Source of the DNA: a virus
Lineage: Duplodnaviria > Caudoviricetes
DNA length: 55,004 nt
Virus record (IMG/VR): IMGVR_UViG_3300027730_000040
Location: 1 to 55,004 of that record
Reading direction: 5' to 3' (one strand)
A program made the position numbers and the translations under genes. The notes beneath the pieces are model-generated. The model made no database searches. It was not told where the DNA came from and was given only the letters and a program-made list of their open reading frames with translations. This document shows, piece by piece, positions 26,922 through 35,615 of the stretch. Each line of letters opens with the position of its first letter. Position 1 is the first letter of the stretch.

Positions 26922-27320
26922 TCATGCGTCACCCGATGGCTTCACTCGCGAAGCGCGCATCTCGCACTTGGCAACGACTACGTTCGACGCTTGCGGCTCG
27001 ACGTAGATGCGACCACCGGAGCGAATGGACACGCCGATTGGCGTCTCGCGCTTCCATGTGTTTTCGTATTCAAAGTTCACTTCGATGCATTCCTCGCGGA
27101 ACTTGCCGATCTGAAAGCGAACCGTTGACCTGTCTGGCAATGCGGTGTCGGGCTGGCCGTATCCGATAATGCGAATAGGCGTTTCGGCTGTTGCCTGTGT
27201 CTCGTATTCTGTGAGACGTGCGCAAACGTCCCTGTAACGGCCTTCAAGCAGGGTAACGCTGTCGCGTATCCACTTGGGCAGCTTGTCGAAACGCTCGTCT
27301 ACGCTGGCAGGGAGCATCAC
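26922..27320 (-). CDS. Hypothetical protein
   Basis: 132 aa, coupled. Confidence 0.6.
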   Translation of the reverse strand: MMLPASVDERFDKLPKWIRDSVTLLEGRYRDVCARLTEYETQATAETPIRIIGYGQPDTALPDRSTVRFQIGKFREECIEVNFEYENTWKRETPIGVSIRSGGRIYVEPQASNVVVAKCEMRASRVKPSGDA

Positions 27321-27670
27321 GCGCGCTCCATCATGCGCTCGTCGCGGGCGATGTCGGCGCGGTAGTCAGCCTCAGCCTCACGCGCATCGCCGACGAACAC
27401 CTCGTAAGCGCGCCATGCGTTCGCGTTGATCTCCGCACGCTCAACAGCCGTGGACACGGAAGCGGGGAGCGCTTCGTATGCGGATGCCGTGAACAGGTCG
27501 CACTCAAGGGCGGGCATCTCGCCAGCGAGGCTTTCCACCATCGCGTCAAACACACGGCGGACCTTGCGGGCTCCAAGAGCGTGGTAGGCGTCGTCAATCG
27601 CCATCAGAAGCGACTGGCCAGCCTTGTGCCCGGCTTCGCAGATCGCGTCGGCTTGTTGTTCGTGGGTCAT
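27317..27670 (-). CDS. Hypothetical protein, first gene after an internal leftward promoter
   Basis: AAGGAG RBS before MTHEQQ. Confidence 0.65.
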   Translation of the reverse strand: MTHEQQADAICEAGHKAGQSLLMAIDDAYHALGARKVRRVFDAMVESLAGEMPALECDLFTASAYEALPASVSTAVERAEINANAWRAYEVFVGDAREAEADYRADIARDERMMERA

Positions 27671-27691
27671 GTCGTGCTCCTTTGTTGTCCC

Positions 27692-27732
27692 CACACTACA
27701 CGCAATCTATCATATTGCAAGCCCTATTTGCG
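27692..27732 (-). promoter_or_regulatory. Leftward sigma70-like promoter with shared operator-like motif
   Basis: Minus strand TTGCAA-N16-TAGTGT; 21/27 identity with 29892-29918. Confidence 0.55.
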
Positions 27733-27743
27733 ATGGCGTGCAA

Positions 27744-28097
27744 TTATTTTCGCTCGGTCTTGCCGTTCATCTTGCGGCGCAGGGTGGTGGAGAAGCCGCG
27801 CGAGGGTATGGATTTCTTGACGCGGGGCTTGTTCTCGCCCCTTATTCTGCGGCCCTTTTTGGCCTCGCGGTTATCGTCGCGGGACTTAACCGCATGGCAT
27901 GGCGGGCACAAAAGCTGAAGATTGTTGTAGTCGGTTTTGCCTAGCGCATCATGCCTATGCATATGATCCCGTTCAAAGCCTGAGCGGGCTAGATCGCAGC
28001 CGCACTTTGCGCACAGGCTGCGCTGCGCTGCGTATCTCTTGATGACGTCTCCAGGCTTGAAAGCGCGGCGCTTCTCAGGCTTGGGAAGGTCAGCCAT
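27744..28097 (-). CDS. HNH endonuclease
   Basis: CAKC...ERDH...NNLQLLCPPCHAVKS. Confidence 0.85.
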   Translation of the reverse strand: MADLPKPEKRRAFKPGDVIKRYAAQRSLCAKCGCDLARSGFERDHMHRHDALGKTDYNNLQLLCPPCHAVKSRDDNREAKKGRRIRGENKPRVKKSIPSRGFSTTLRRKMNGKTERK

Positions 28098-28426
28098 CAC
28101 CGCACCTTCTCGGCTGCGCGAATGCTGCTCTGTTCCGTGCGCCACATGTCGATTATTGCGCTGGCCGCAGACAGGCGGTTGCGCCACATGTAGTCCATTT
28201 CGCGGCAGGCTTTGACCTGCTCAAGATGGTCAGCGTATCGATCATCAGCACGCGCAACCATCTCCTTTGCTGCTGCGCTTTTCTCGTCGCTTTCCAGCAT
28301 CAGCCTTGCCAGAACGGTCTTAGTCAGATCGTCCATGTGCTCGGCAGCGGCGCGGGCCTTGGACGCTTCCTGGTGCGGATCGGTCAGGTAGCGTAGGGCC
28401 TGCTCAAGCATCTTGTCCGTGACCAT
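28097..28426 (-). CDS. Hypothetical protein of the recombination module
   Basis: 109 aa, helical, coupled. Confidence 0.65.
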   Translation of the reverse strand: MVTDKMLEQALRYLTDPHQEASKARAAAEHMDDLTKTVLARLMLESDEKSAAAKEMVARADDRYADHLEQVKACREMDYMWRNRLSAASAIIDMWRTEQSSIRAAEKVR

Positions 28427-29139
28427 CAGAGAACCCGTTCCTCGACAATCTCAACGCCGGGGATTTCAATGGCCGCGCCTTTGGCATGGCGGATGTCCGC
28501 ATTCGCCAACTTCTCCAGCGTGGCCCGCAGGTCGCCGCTGTTGAGGTAGTGCATCGCCAGCGCCTGCCAATCCGTCACCTTGGCGCTGCGCTTCGTCTTG
28601 AGCGACGTTGCAGCAAACCCGCCAGCGGCAGAGGACACGCGAGAGGCGGCAAGCGCCTGGCCCTCGGCAACCTTGGCCTCAACGTGCGCAGCCATGACGT
28701 CCACGACAGGCGCAGTCGCTGCAAGGAACGGATCATCCTCCGGTTCTTCCGCAGCCTTGGCGGCGAGGCGTTCGGCTTCCTCCAGCTTGCGCCGGGCTTC
28801 CTCGGCAATGCGCTTGGCTTCGCGTTCGCGGGCATCGAGGAAGGCGGCGAGCTTCTGTTTCAGGCCCTTGATGATCTTGTCGCATTCCTCAATCAGCGGC
28901 TTGTATGCGCCGTCGATCTGCCGGCCAGCCTCAAGGTGCGGACGTTTCTTGTCGTCGCGTGTAGCGTCGATCTCCTTCGCCAGCTTGCCGCCATAGCCAA
29001 CATGATCGCGGACAAATTGCGCATTCGCCTCGGTGATTTCGGTGACGGTGTCGGCATCGGCTTTGAAGCGCGCCAGCATCTCCCGATAGGCTTCGACGTC
29101 GTCGGCCTTGTTGTGTCCCATGTTACCTTGCATCTTCAA
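28426..29139 (-). CDS. Coiled-coil protein of the recombination module (Gam/Gp157-like)
   Basis: GHN N-terminus, KRPHLEAGRQIDG, C-terminal IPGVEI; next to ERF. Confidence 0.6.
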   Translation of the reverse strand: MKMQGNMGHNKADDVEAYREMLARFKADADTVTEITEANAQFVRDHVGYGGKLAKEIDATRDDKKRPHLEAGRQIDGAYKPLIEECDKIIKGLKQKLAAFLDAREREAKRIAEEARRKLEEAERLAAKAAEEPEDDPFLAATAPVVDVMAAHVEAKVAEGQALAASRVSSAAGGFAATSLKTKRSAKVTDWQALAMHYLNSGDLRATLEKLANADIRHAKGAAIEIPGVEIVEERVL

Positions 29140-29854
29140 GTTCTCCTTCAGCTTCAGCGCTGGCTTGTTCGGCGTATTGCAGGCCTTCCATCAGTTCCGT
29201 GTAGGACTTGCGGATTTCGGCCTGCCAATCTTTCGGCTGGAGCTTTACGCGCTCGGCGTTCATCTTGCCCCATTGCTTCAGTTCGTGGGTGGATGTGACA
29301 CGGCGCATTTCCTCGACCATCACGCCATAATCTGCGCGGGCATCGCCCTTGCTCATGGTTTGAGTAGGCGCAGGCGCAGGGGTATGCGATGGAGCTGCCT
29401 CCCCGCGAATTTCATGATGGGACGCGTCGGCATCGTTGTCGCCTTCGGTGGGAATGCAGAACGTCTGCATCGCCATGTATTTGTAAGCGGCGCTCATGGC
29501 CTTGTTTGTGGCCTTGTCGGCGCTGTCCATCGCTTCGCCCCAAGTGCAGGCGGTGATCTTGGAGCCGTCAGTTGCGCAGACGATGTCGAACTCGACCTGG
29601 ACGACGACATAGAACAGAATGCCGCCCTTCTGCGTCGTCTGTTCTGTCTTCTCCCGTGTCAGGACGCGGGGAACGATGATAAGGTGATGCCGCGCAAGCA
29701 AAGGCGCTAGGGCGTTATAGACATCATCGATGCCGCGAAAGGCATAACCTTGTTGCTGGTTGCGCCGACCCTTCGCAATCCCCTCCCTGCCAACGTCCTG
29801 CATTACGGCGGCGATCGCTTGATAAACGGCGGGTAGGGCAATCGTGTCTGTCAT
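29123..29854 (-). CDS. erf: ERF-family single-strand annealing recombinase
   Basis: YAFRGIDDV, GEAMDSADKATNKAMSAAYKY, IPTEGDNDAD. Confidence 0.88.
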   Translation of the reverse strand: MTDTIALPAVYQAIAAVMQDVGREGIAKGRRNQQQGYAFRGIDDVYNALAPLLARHHLIIVPRVLTREKTEQTTQKGGILFYVVVQVEFDIVCATDGSKITACTWGEAMDSADKATNKAMSAAYKYMAMQTFCIPTEGDNDADASHHEIRGEAAPSHTPAPAPTQTMSKGDARADYGVMVEEMRRVTSTHELKQWGKMNAERVKLQPKDWQAEIRKSYTELMEGLQYAEQASAEAEGELEDAR

Positions 29855-29877
29855 CGCTAGGCTCCTTGTGCGCCGAT

Positions 29878-29918
29878 ACTATGCCCCGTCGTCTATCATC
29901 CTGCAAGCTATCTTTGCG
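29878..29918 (-). promoter_or_regulatory. Leftward early promoter (PL-like) in the divergent control region
   Basis: Minus strand TTGCAG-N17-CATAGT; motif shared with 27706-27732. Confidence 0.6.
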
Positions 29919-29955
29919 CTAGACATGCGCCCGCTTTCATGGCAGACGTCAGCGT

Positions 29956-30165
29956 ATGGACGAGAAGACATTCGCACGCGCATTAGGCAATCCGCAGCAA
30001 CTCGCGGCAGACATCGGCACAACCGCTGACATGATCTATGTCTGGCGTCAGCGTCGGACGGTTCCCGCCAAATGGGTAGCCAAGGTGAGCCATGCAACAG
30101 GTGTTCCGCCCCATGACATGCGGCCGGATATCTTTATGAAGCCGTCGCGCAAGGTAAGCGCATGA
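29956..30165 (+). CDS. Cro/YdaS-like HTH regulator
   Basis: 69 aa; QLAADIGTT..IYVW..VP..TGVPPHDMRPDIF; first rightward gene. Confidence 0.8.
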   Translation: MDEKTFARALGNPQQLAADIGTTADMIYVWRQRRTVPAKWVAKVSHATGVPPHDMRPDIFMKPSRKVSA

Positions 30166-30380
30166 GCGAGCTGATTGACCGCGCCGATGAAATTCGCGGC
30201 CTTGCCCAGAAATGCAAGACCATCAACGATCTGGCAAAGCTCATGGGCTGGTCAATGGAAATCACGCGTCATGCCAACCAAGTTCTAAGCCTTGGCCTGT
30301 CAGACGCAAAGCTTCAGGCCGGTAAGCGCATAGAAGCGCGATCTGTACCGAAACCCGTCAAAAAGCAGGGCGGCAAATGA
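30162..30380 (+). CDS. Small hypothetical (possible HTH) protein
   Basis: 72 aa, ATGA coupling. Confidence 0.6.
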   Translation: MSELIDRADEIRGLAQKCKTINDLAKLMGWSMEITRHANQVLSLGLSDAKLQAGKRIEARSVPKPVKKQGGK

Positions 30381-30709
30381 TCGAGCAGCAAGCCCCTGAT
30401 GATCTGCCGTTGTTCCAGTTTGGTGGCCGCACGTTCGACGTGACGCTCGATATGGAGCGCCTGAGCGCGCAGCAACTGCGCGTCATGGCCGCAATGGCCG
30501 ATGGCAAATGGCGCACGCTGGAAGAAGCCCAGACGCGCATCAAAGCCCTGTTCGGCAAGCGAGATCCTGAAGCCAGCATCAGCGCCCGCTTGAGGGACAT
30601 AAGAAAATTCTGGGGCGAAGAGGCTATGGAAAGCCGCAGGCGCGTCGAAGACGGCGTCGATGGCCTTTGGGAGTATCGTTCCAATGCGGTGCTGGGGGAG
30701 GCGACGTGA
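30377..30709 (+). CDS. Putative winged-helix protein
   Basis: DGKWRTLEE...EASISARLRDIRK. Confidence 0.6.
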   Translation: MIEQQAPDDLPLFQFGGRTFDVTLDMERLSAQQLRVMAAMADGKWRTLEEAQTRIKALFGKRDPEASISARLRDIRKFWGEEAMESRRRVEDGVDGLWEYRSNAVLGEAT

Positions 30710-31611
30710 GCCGCTTCGCAGCCGTCCCAACCGCCGCGCTTGATGACGAGCGCCTGGAAGCCCTCCACATCCGCGTCCTGACAGCCGTGTGCAGCTATGC
30801 TGACAAGGATGGCTGGTGCCGGGTAGGGCAGGACAAGATCGCGCTCCGCGCCCGCACAAACGCCGCCCGCGTGTCTCAGTGCATCAAGGACCTATCCGAT
30901 TGGGGCTGGATGCGGCGCCAGCGCGTCGGGAAAATGAAGGTAAACATCTATCAGGTTCTGATGGACTGCGAGGCCGATCCGGCCATCGATTTACCAGCAG
31001 AACAAATTGCCGACACGGCAAGTCACACTTGCCCACCCAGCAAATCACATTTGCCCACCGAGCAAGTCACACTTGCTCCCACGGCAAATCCTATAGGAAC
31101 ACCGTTCTTTAACACCGTTCTTAACACAGCCGACGCCGTCTCAGGCGCGCTGACGCGGGAACAATTTGTAGCCATCGCGGATCGCATCTTCGCAGTCTGC
31201 GGACCGGGTCTTGTCGATCCGACGAAAAGCGCAACGCCAATTCAAAAGCTGTCTGGTCGCCTCGCAGCATGGCTGACGCGGTATGACTTGGAACTCGACA
31301 TCCTCCCGGTCCTTGCATCGAAAACCGCTCATAAGCGCGCCGGCAAGCCGGTCTACGACCCGACAATTTTCGAGGACGACATCGCGGCCCATCACGCCGC
31401 GCGCAATCGCCCGCTCCCAACACTGGAGATCATCAATGGCGGACACGAGCGTTCCAGCCCTGCTGGACGAGGCCAAGCCTATCGAGGTCGAGGACCGTCT
31501 GAGGACATTCTTGACCGAGCACTCGCTAACGTGGGCAGACGACAGGCTGGTTCCGACATCATCGAGCATACCGGACCGACGCTCGCTCGCACCGTTGCGG
31601 GAGGCGTTTGA
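30706..31611 (+). CDS. Phage replication initiator (N-terminal HTH, internal iterons)
   Basis: SYADKDGWCRVGQDKIA..VSQCIKDL..GW HTH; repeats mid-gene as in lambda O. Confidence 0.75.
   Translation: MSRFAAVPTAALDDERLEALHIRVLTAVCSYADKDGWCRVGQDKIALRARTNAARVSQCIKDLSDWGWMRRQRVGKMKVNIYQVLMDCEADPAIDLPAEQIADTASHTCPPSKSHLPTEQVTLAPTANPIGTPFFNTVLNTADAVSGALTREQFVAIADRIFAVCGPGLVDPTKSATPIQKLSGRLAAWLTRYDLELDILPVLASKTAHKRAGKPVYDPTIFEDDIAAHHAARNRPLPTLEIINGGHERSSPAGRGQAYRGRGPSEDILDRALANVGRRQAGSDIIEHTGPTLARTVAGGV
31007..31127. repeat. Putative replication origin: four 22-bp-period TTGC-N7-GCAA iterons plus AACACCGTTCTT x2
   Basis: Units start at 31007, 31029, 31051 and 31073. Confidence 0.75.
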
Positions 31612-32125
31612 CCTCGCATGCCAGCCAGCAGACCCGGACCTCATCAAAGCATGGTTGAGCGTCCTCTGGATTTCCACAAAGAAGCAATCCGGCATGGCGG
31701 ACCTGCGCACGGACAACGTGCTGAGGGTCTACGTCGCGGCTCTCAGCAAGTACCCGGCAGACCTCGTGGAGCAGGCGATTGCAACGTGGGCGGAAGTGCC
31801 GAAGCCGCGCGATGCCCATCACTGGTGGCCCGCTGCGGGCGAGTTGGTGGACGCCATTCGTGGCCCCTCGGAAACGCGCCGAATGATCCGAAACGGTTTG
31901 ATGGAGTGGGACATGGATAAGGGCAAGCACACGCGCCTGTCGCAGCTTTACCGCGAACTTGCTGTGCTGGAGGGCGGGGATTTTACCTTCGCGGTGCGTC
32001 ACCTGTTGGATGCCGACCGCGAAGAGCAGATCGAAGGGCTGCGCCGCGAGCAGGATCGCGTGCGCCGCGAGATTTTCCAGATTGAAGGGCCGAACACATT
32101 CGCCAGAGCAGCAGGGCAGGACTAA
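31436..32125 (+). CDS. Replication accessory protein (helicase-loader position)
   Basis: VYVAALSKYP..LVEQA..W..WWPAAGEL pattern; follows the initiator. Confidence 0.6.
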   Translation: MADTSVPALLDEAKPIEVEDRLRTFLTEHSLTWADDRLVPTSSSIPDRRSLAPLREAFDLACQPADPDLIKAWLSVLWISTKKQSGMADLRTDNVLRVYVAALSKYPADLVEQAIATWAEVPKPRDAHHWWPAAGELVDAIRGPSETRRMIRNGLMEWDMDKGKHTRLSQLYRELAVLEGGDFTFAVRHLLDADREEQIEGLRREQDRVRREIFQIEGPNTFARAAGQD

Positions 32126-32130
32126 CGATC

Positions 32131-32910
32131 ATGACGACCTACAGAGCCACAATCGCAGAAGTTCAGACAGTCGTTGCGGAGATCCACGCTATCCCGCGTG
32201 AGGCTCTCAAGAGCGGATGCCGCAAGCGGGTCTGGGCCTGGCCGCGTCAGGAAGCCATGAAGCTGGCGCGCGAGTTGACCGGCCAGAGCTACCCCCAGAT
32301 CGCGTGGCATTTCGGGGACCGGGATCATACCACGGTCCTGTACGCCGACCGCAAGATACGGGCGCGTGAGGAAACGGACCATCGCCTTGCCGCTCGTCTG
32401 GCTGAGTGCCGCGCCCGTATTGCAGACCTCGTCTCACAGCGCATCGGAAAGCTGCTCTCCGTGCCGGCGGGTGCATCCTCAGACTGGACCCCGCTGCCTC
32501 CGATGAAGAAGCAAGGTACTACTCCTTCATTTCGTGAGACTGTCATCGACGAAATCCTCGATGAGATTGATAGCCTCAATGTTCATGATCTCGATGCCTT
32601 TTTACGCGAGCTGGGTGAAGATCCCGGCGCGGTCCTTGAAGCGGGCAAAGCCGTTTGCAAAGGCGCAATCGCGGAAGAGAAATTGGCGCGGCTGCGCAAC
32701 GCACAGCGAGAGCTGAAATCAAACAAGACGATGAATGCCGCGGCTTTGTTGTCCTTGGATCCGGATCGCAAGCGAGAGGTATTCGAGAGAATAAGGCAAC
32801 GCAGCGAAACCTCGGGCGAAATGACGCTCGCTGCACGCAATAAGCGGATAGAAAAGGGACGCCCAAGCGCATCGCCACGGCAATTGATCAAGCCGAATGG
32901 CTGGATTTAG
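32131..32910 (+). CDS. DnaA C-terminal (domain IV) HTH protein, fused to a foreign segment
   Basis: PRQEAMKLARELTGQSYPQIAWHFGDRDHTTVLYA signature. Confidence 0.85.
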   Translation: MTTYRATIAEVQTVVAEIHAIPREALKSGCRKRVWAWPRQEAMKLARELTGQSYPQIAWHFGDRDHTTVLYADRKIRAREETDHRLAARLAECRARIADLVSQRIGKLLSVPAGASSDWTPLPPMKKQGTTPSFRETVIDEILDEIDSLNVHDLDAFLRELGEDPGAVLEAGKAVCKGAIAEEKLARLRNAQRELKSNKTMNAAALLSLDPDRKREVFERIRQRSETSGEMTLAARNKRIEKGRPSASPRQLIKPNGWI

Positions 32911-32926
32911 GCGGGGAGATTGCTGC

Positions 32927-33352
32927 GTGACCGCCTGGACCGAGGACGCCATCCGTTCCAAAGGCCTAACGATCCGCGCGAACGGTGGGGTCAAGCCTGC
33001 TGCTGACGTGGTGCGTGTTGAAATCCCGCTCCCGCCAAGCGTCAACACGGCGTGGCGGAACGTGGTCGGCAAAGGTCGTGTTCGCAGCCCTGAATACCGC
33101 CGCTGGCACAAGCTCGCATACGACGAGCTGATGCTCCAGAAGCCGGGCCGTGTCGTCGGCAGGTTCGCGGCGCTGATCACCATAGGCAGGATCAACCGGC
33201 GCTGCGATATCGACAACAGAATTAAACCAATCCTCGACCTCTTGAAGGGCGACGTGATCGAAGACGACAGCATGTGCGAGCGTGTCTCTGCCGGCTGGTC
33301 GGACACCATCGAGAGCGGGCGCGTGGTGGTCGAGATACGGAGGGCCGCATGA
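32927..33352 (+). CDS. rusA: RusA-family Holliday junction resolvase
   Basis: LPPSVN, RCDIDNRIKPILDLL, IEDDS. Confidence 0.85.
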   Translation: MTAWTEDAIRSKGLTIRANGGVKPAADVVRVEIPLPPSVNTAWRNVVGKGRVRSPEYRRWHKLAYDELMLQKPGRVVGRFAALITIGRINRRCDIDNRIKPILDLLKGDVIEDDSMCERVSAGWSDTIESGRVVVEIRRAA

Positions 33353-33951
33353 CCCTCTGCACCGGAAGCGGTTCACTCCCCCAGCACATCTACTGCCACG
33401 TAGAGCGCAGCTTCGTCCGCACTGGCGAGCAGACCGGCACAGAGCCCTGCGTGTGGTTCGGCCTTCGCGCTTATGCAGGCCGCGCATGGGGCTGTCATGT
33501 GCTCTTGGAATGCGGGGCTGTCGTGCGTGATCTGCCGCTCCACGCGCTGGCCCAGCACGCTGACGCCGAGCCGTGGACGCTTGAGCAAAGCCAGCATTGG
33601 GACTGCTACGGCGACCAGTTCAGCCTCGTCCGCTACACCTATCTGAGCGGCCTAGAGGCGCGCGTGAAATGCGCTCGCGAGGAGCATATGGGCGAGTATC
33701 TTTTCACCGCTTGTCCGATGCACGATGGTTTTAGCGCTCAGCCAGCGCAGAGCAAAGAGTTTATGTTCCTAGCGCTTCGGAATGGCCGCTTCTGCGCCCA
33801 GCCAACGAACAGGGTTTTGTTCATCGAGCGCAGCTTCACCGAAGGCCAAGCCTGGCCGACCGACATTCAACGCCAGAGCGAGGTCTGGTCCTGTGAGAGC
33901 GCGCCAGACCTTGAGCAGCCAGGCATCGAACTCGTGAGGGGCGTGGCATGA
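33349..33951 (+). CDS. Hypothetical phage protein
   Basis: 200 aa, ATGA coupling at both ends. Confidence 0.7.
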   Translation: MTLCTGSGSLPQHIYCHVERSFVRTGEQTGTEPCVWFGLRAYAGRAWGCHVLLECGAVVRDLPLHALAQHADAEPWTLEQSQHWDCYGDQFSLVRYTYLSGLEARVKCAREEHMGEYLFTACPMHDGFSAQPAQSKEFMFLALRNGRFCAQPTNRVLFIERSFTEGQAWPTDIQRQSEVWSCESAPDLEQPGIELVRGVA

Positions 33952-34499
33952 GCGAAGAAACGTACTGCCCGTTCTGCACCAAGCCCGTGAAAGGTGCCAT
34001 CGGCCTAGCTGCGCACTGTCATCAGGCTCACCGTGACGCGATGCGCCAGCTACGGCTGATCGCGCCGCACATGCCCAAAGAACAATGGGAATACGAACGC
34101 GATTTGCTGCGGGAAGAAATTGCGCTGCTCAAGCGCGAGGTGTTTGGCTCCGATTGGATGCCGCCGCTGGAGCTTGGGCTGACATCCGGACAGCAGGCAA
34201 TCGTCGCGGCGATGGTAGCGAATGATCGCGTCCTGCCAGAGCAATTTCTTTTCGAGGCTTCGCGCGTCCGTAACAGCTTCGCGGAGGAGCTGAAAAGCAA
34301 GCTCATCTGCGTGATGGTTTCTCACATTCGAAAAAAGCTTCGGCCCTTTGGCCTGGAGATCCGCACCGTCTACGGGCGCGGCTATTGCCTAGCGCCTGAG
34401 ACGCGCCATCGCCTGTTGAACTGGCATGACGTAACTATGCGGCGCACTCGCACACGCCCCAAGCGCCCCAAGCGCCATGAAGAACGGAGGGCTGCTTAG
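33948..34499 (+). CDS. C2H2 finger + OmpR/CtrA-like winged-helix DNA-binding protein
   Basis: CPFC..HCHQAH; KLICVMVSHIRKKL..IRTVYGRGY; no receiver domain. Confidence 0.8.
   Translation: MSEETYCPFCTKPVKGAIGLAAHCHQAHRDAMRQLRLIAPHMPKEQWEYERDLLREEIALLKREVFGSDWMPPLELGLTSGQQAIVAAMVANDRVLPEQFLFEASRVRNSFAEELKSKLICVMVSHIRKKLRPFGLEIRTVYGRGYCLAPETRHRLLNWHDVTMRRTRTRPKRPKRHEERRAA
34421..34478 (+). repeat. 58-bp direct repeat, copy 2
   Basis: Identical to 6695-6752. Confidence 0.95.
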
Positions 34500-34760
34500 A
34501 TGTCATCAGTATACTGCGGAAAACCGCGTCTCGTGGAGCCTTGGAGCGCCAAGCGCAAAGGTCCGAACCTAGCGTGCCGCAAGGTGTCGTATCGCGATGG
34601 TGACGCCTACGAATGCGGACACGCGACGGATGGCAAGACGTACTGCCCATCGTGCGCTGCAAAGCTCTTGAAGCTGACCGACCGCAAGCCGCCAGAGCAG
34701 CCCGCGCCCAAGCCATACGCCTGGAGCAACGATCAACTAATTCCGCGCAAGCGGGCGTAG
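34500..34760 (+). CDS. GcrA C-terminal-like Cys-rich protein
   Basis: CR...ECGHAT..KTYCPSC resembles the GcrA CRWP..FCG..YC..H pattern. Confidence 0.5.
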   Translation: MSSVYCGKPRLVEPWSAKRKGPNLACRKVSYRDGDAYECGHATDGKTYCPSCAAKLLKLTDRKPPEQPAPKPYAWSNDQLIPRKRA

Positions 34761-34787
34761 CGTTTCATACAATCAGAGGGACCACAC

Positions 34788-35276
34788 ATGACACTGCTTG
34801 AAGAACTGAAAGAGCGCTTAAACTCTGCGGATGAGTTGATCCGTGAGATCGACGGGGACATCCGCGACAGCGAGCAGCATCGCGAGCGGATTGTCAGCGG
34901 CAGGCTTGATCTGCTCAACGCCATCGCAGCGCTTGAGCCTGTGCCGGCAGACGAGCAGTCAGAGCTGTTCGAAGCAGAGCAGGAAGCCGCCAGCGAACAG
35001 TTAGAAGCAGACCACGCTCTGCCGCCCGCTGTGGACGACGTGGTGGCAGAAGAACCGTCAGGACTGTTCGAAGCCCAGCCCGTCGAAGAAGCCCCCGCGC
35101 TGAACGCCGACATGCAGGACGAGCGGGAGCAGCCTGTCGAGGGCTACGCACCCGTGACCAACCCGGAAGCTGATCAGGTGGTCAGCGCCATGAGTTGGTA
35201 CTCACCGAAAGAGATAGCTGAGCGCCACAAGGTGGATGTGTTCGCTTTGTTCAGGCGCGAAAAGGAAGATGCCTGA
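34788..35276 (+). CDS. Acidic hypothetical protein
   Basis: 162 aa, GAGG RBS. Confidence 0.65.
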   Translation: MTLLEELKERLNSADELIREIDGDIRDSEQHRERIVSGRLDLLNAIAALEPVPADEQSELFEAEQEAASEQLEADHALPPAVDDVVAEEPSGLFEAQPVEEAPALNADMQDEREQPVEGYAPVTNPEADQVVSAMSWYSPKEIAERHKVDVFALFRREKEDA

Positions 35277-35361
35277 TGTGGATAGAGCAGGGCTTTTGGA
35301 TTTCCGCCGCGATGCTGGTCGTGTGCCTCGTTCTCGCATGGGTCTGGCCTAGGAGGGACAC

Positions 35362-35466
35362 ATGAGTTGGGAAGGCTGGACGTTACTCGGCTTGCTCGTC
35401 GCAAGTGTCACGGGCGGGCTGATCCTCTGGACTATGCACGGCAGCAAGGGAGGGCATGACACATGA
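35362..35466 (+). CDS. 34-aa single-TM peptide
   Basis: AGGAGG RBS; MSWEGWTLLGLLVASVTGGLILWTM. Confidence 0.45.
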   Translation: MSWEGWTLLGLLVASVTGGLILWTMHGSKGGHDT

Positions 35467-35615
35467 GAATTGCCGGACTGGGCATACTGATCCTCGTGGT
35501 TCTGTTCCTGTTTGTCATCCCTCAGGGCCTGAACGTGATCCTTTCAGCCTTCGGGCTGCTGGCCTTGGCGCTGCTTGCGGTTGGATCAATCGGACAAGAT
35601 CGGGGACGGCGATGA
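35463..35615 (+). CDS. 50-aa two-TM peptide
   Basis: MRIAGLGILILVVLFLFVIPQGLNVILSAFGLLALALLAVG; ATGA overlaps at both ends. Confidence 0.55.
   Translation: MRIAGLGILILVVLFLFVIPQGLNVILSAFGLLALALLAVGSIGQDRGRR

Noticed and set aside
29855-29955. Alphaproteobacterial LexA box replacing CI
   Set aside because: No GTTC-N7-GTTC or GAAC-N7-GAAC seen in the control region
31109-31124. CtrA box
   Set aside because: Spacing is TTAA-N8-TTAA, not N7, and it is explained by the origin-adjacent repeat
6695-34478. DGR template/variable repeat pair (58-bp duplicate)
   Set aside because: No reverse transcriptase in the window, copies are identical with no adenine-specific mismatches, and the repeat is short
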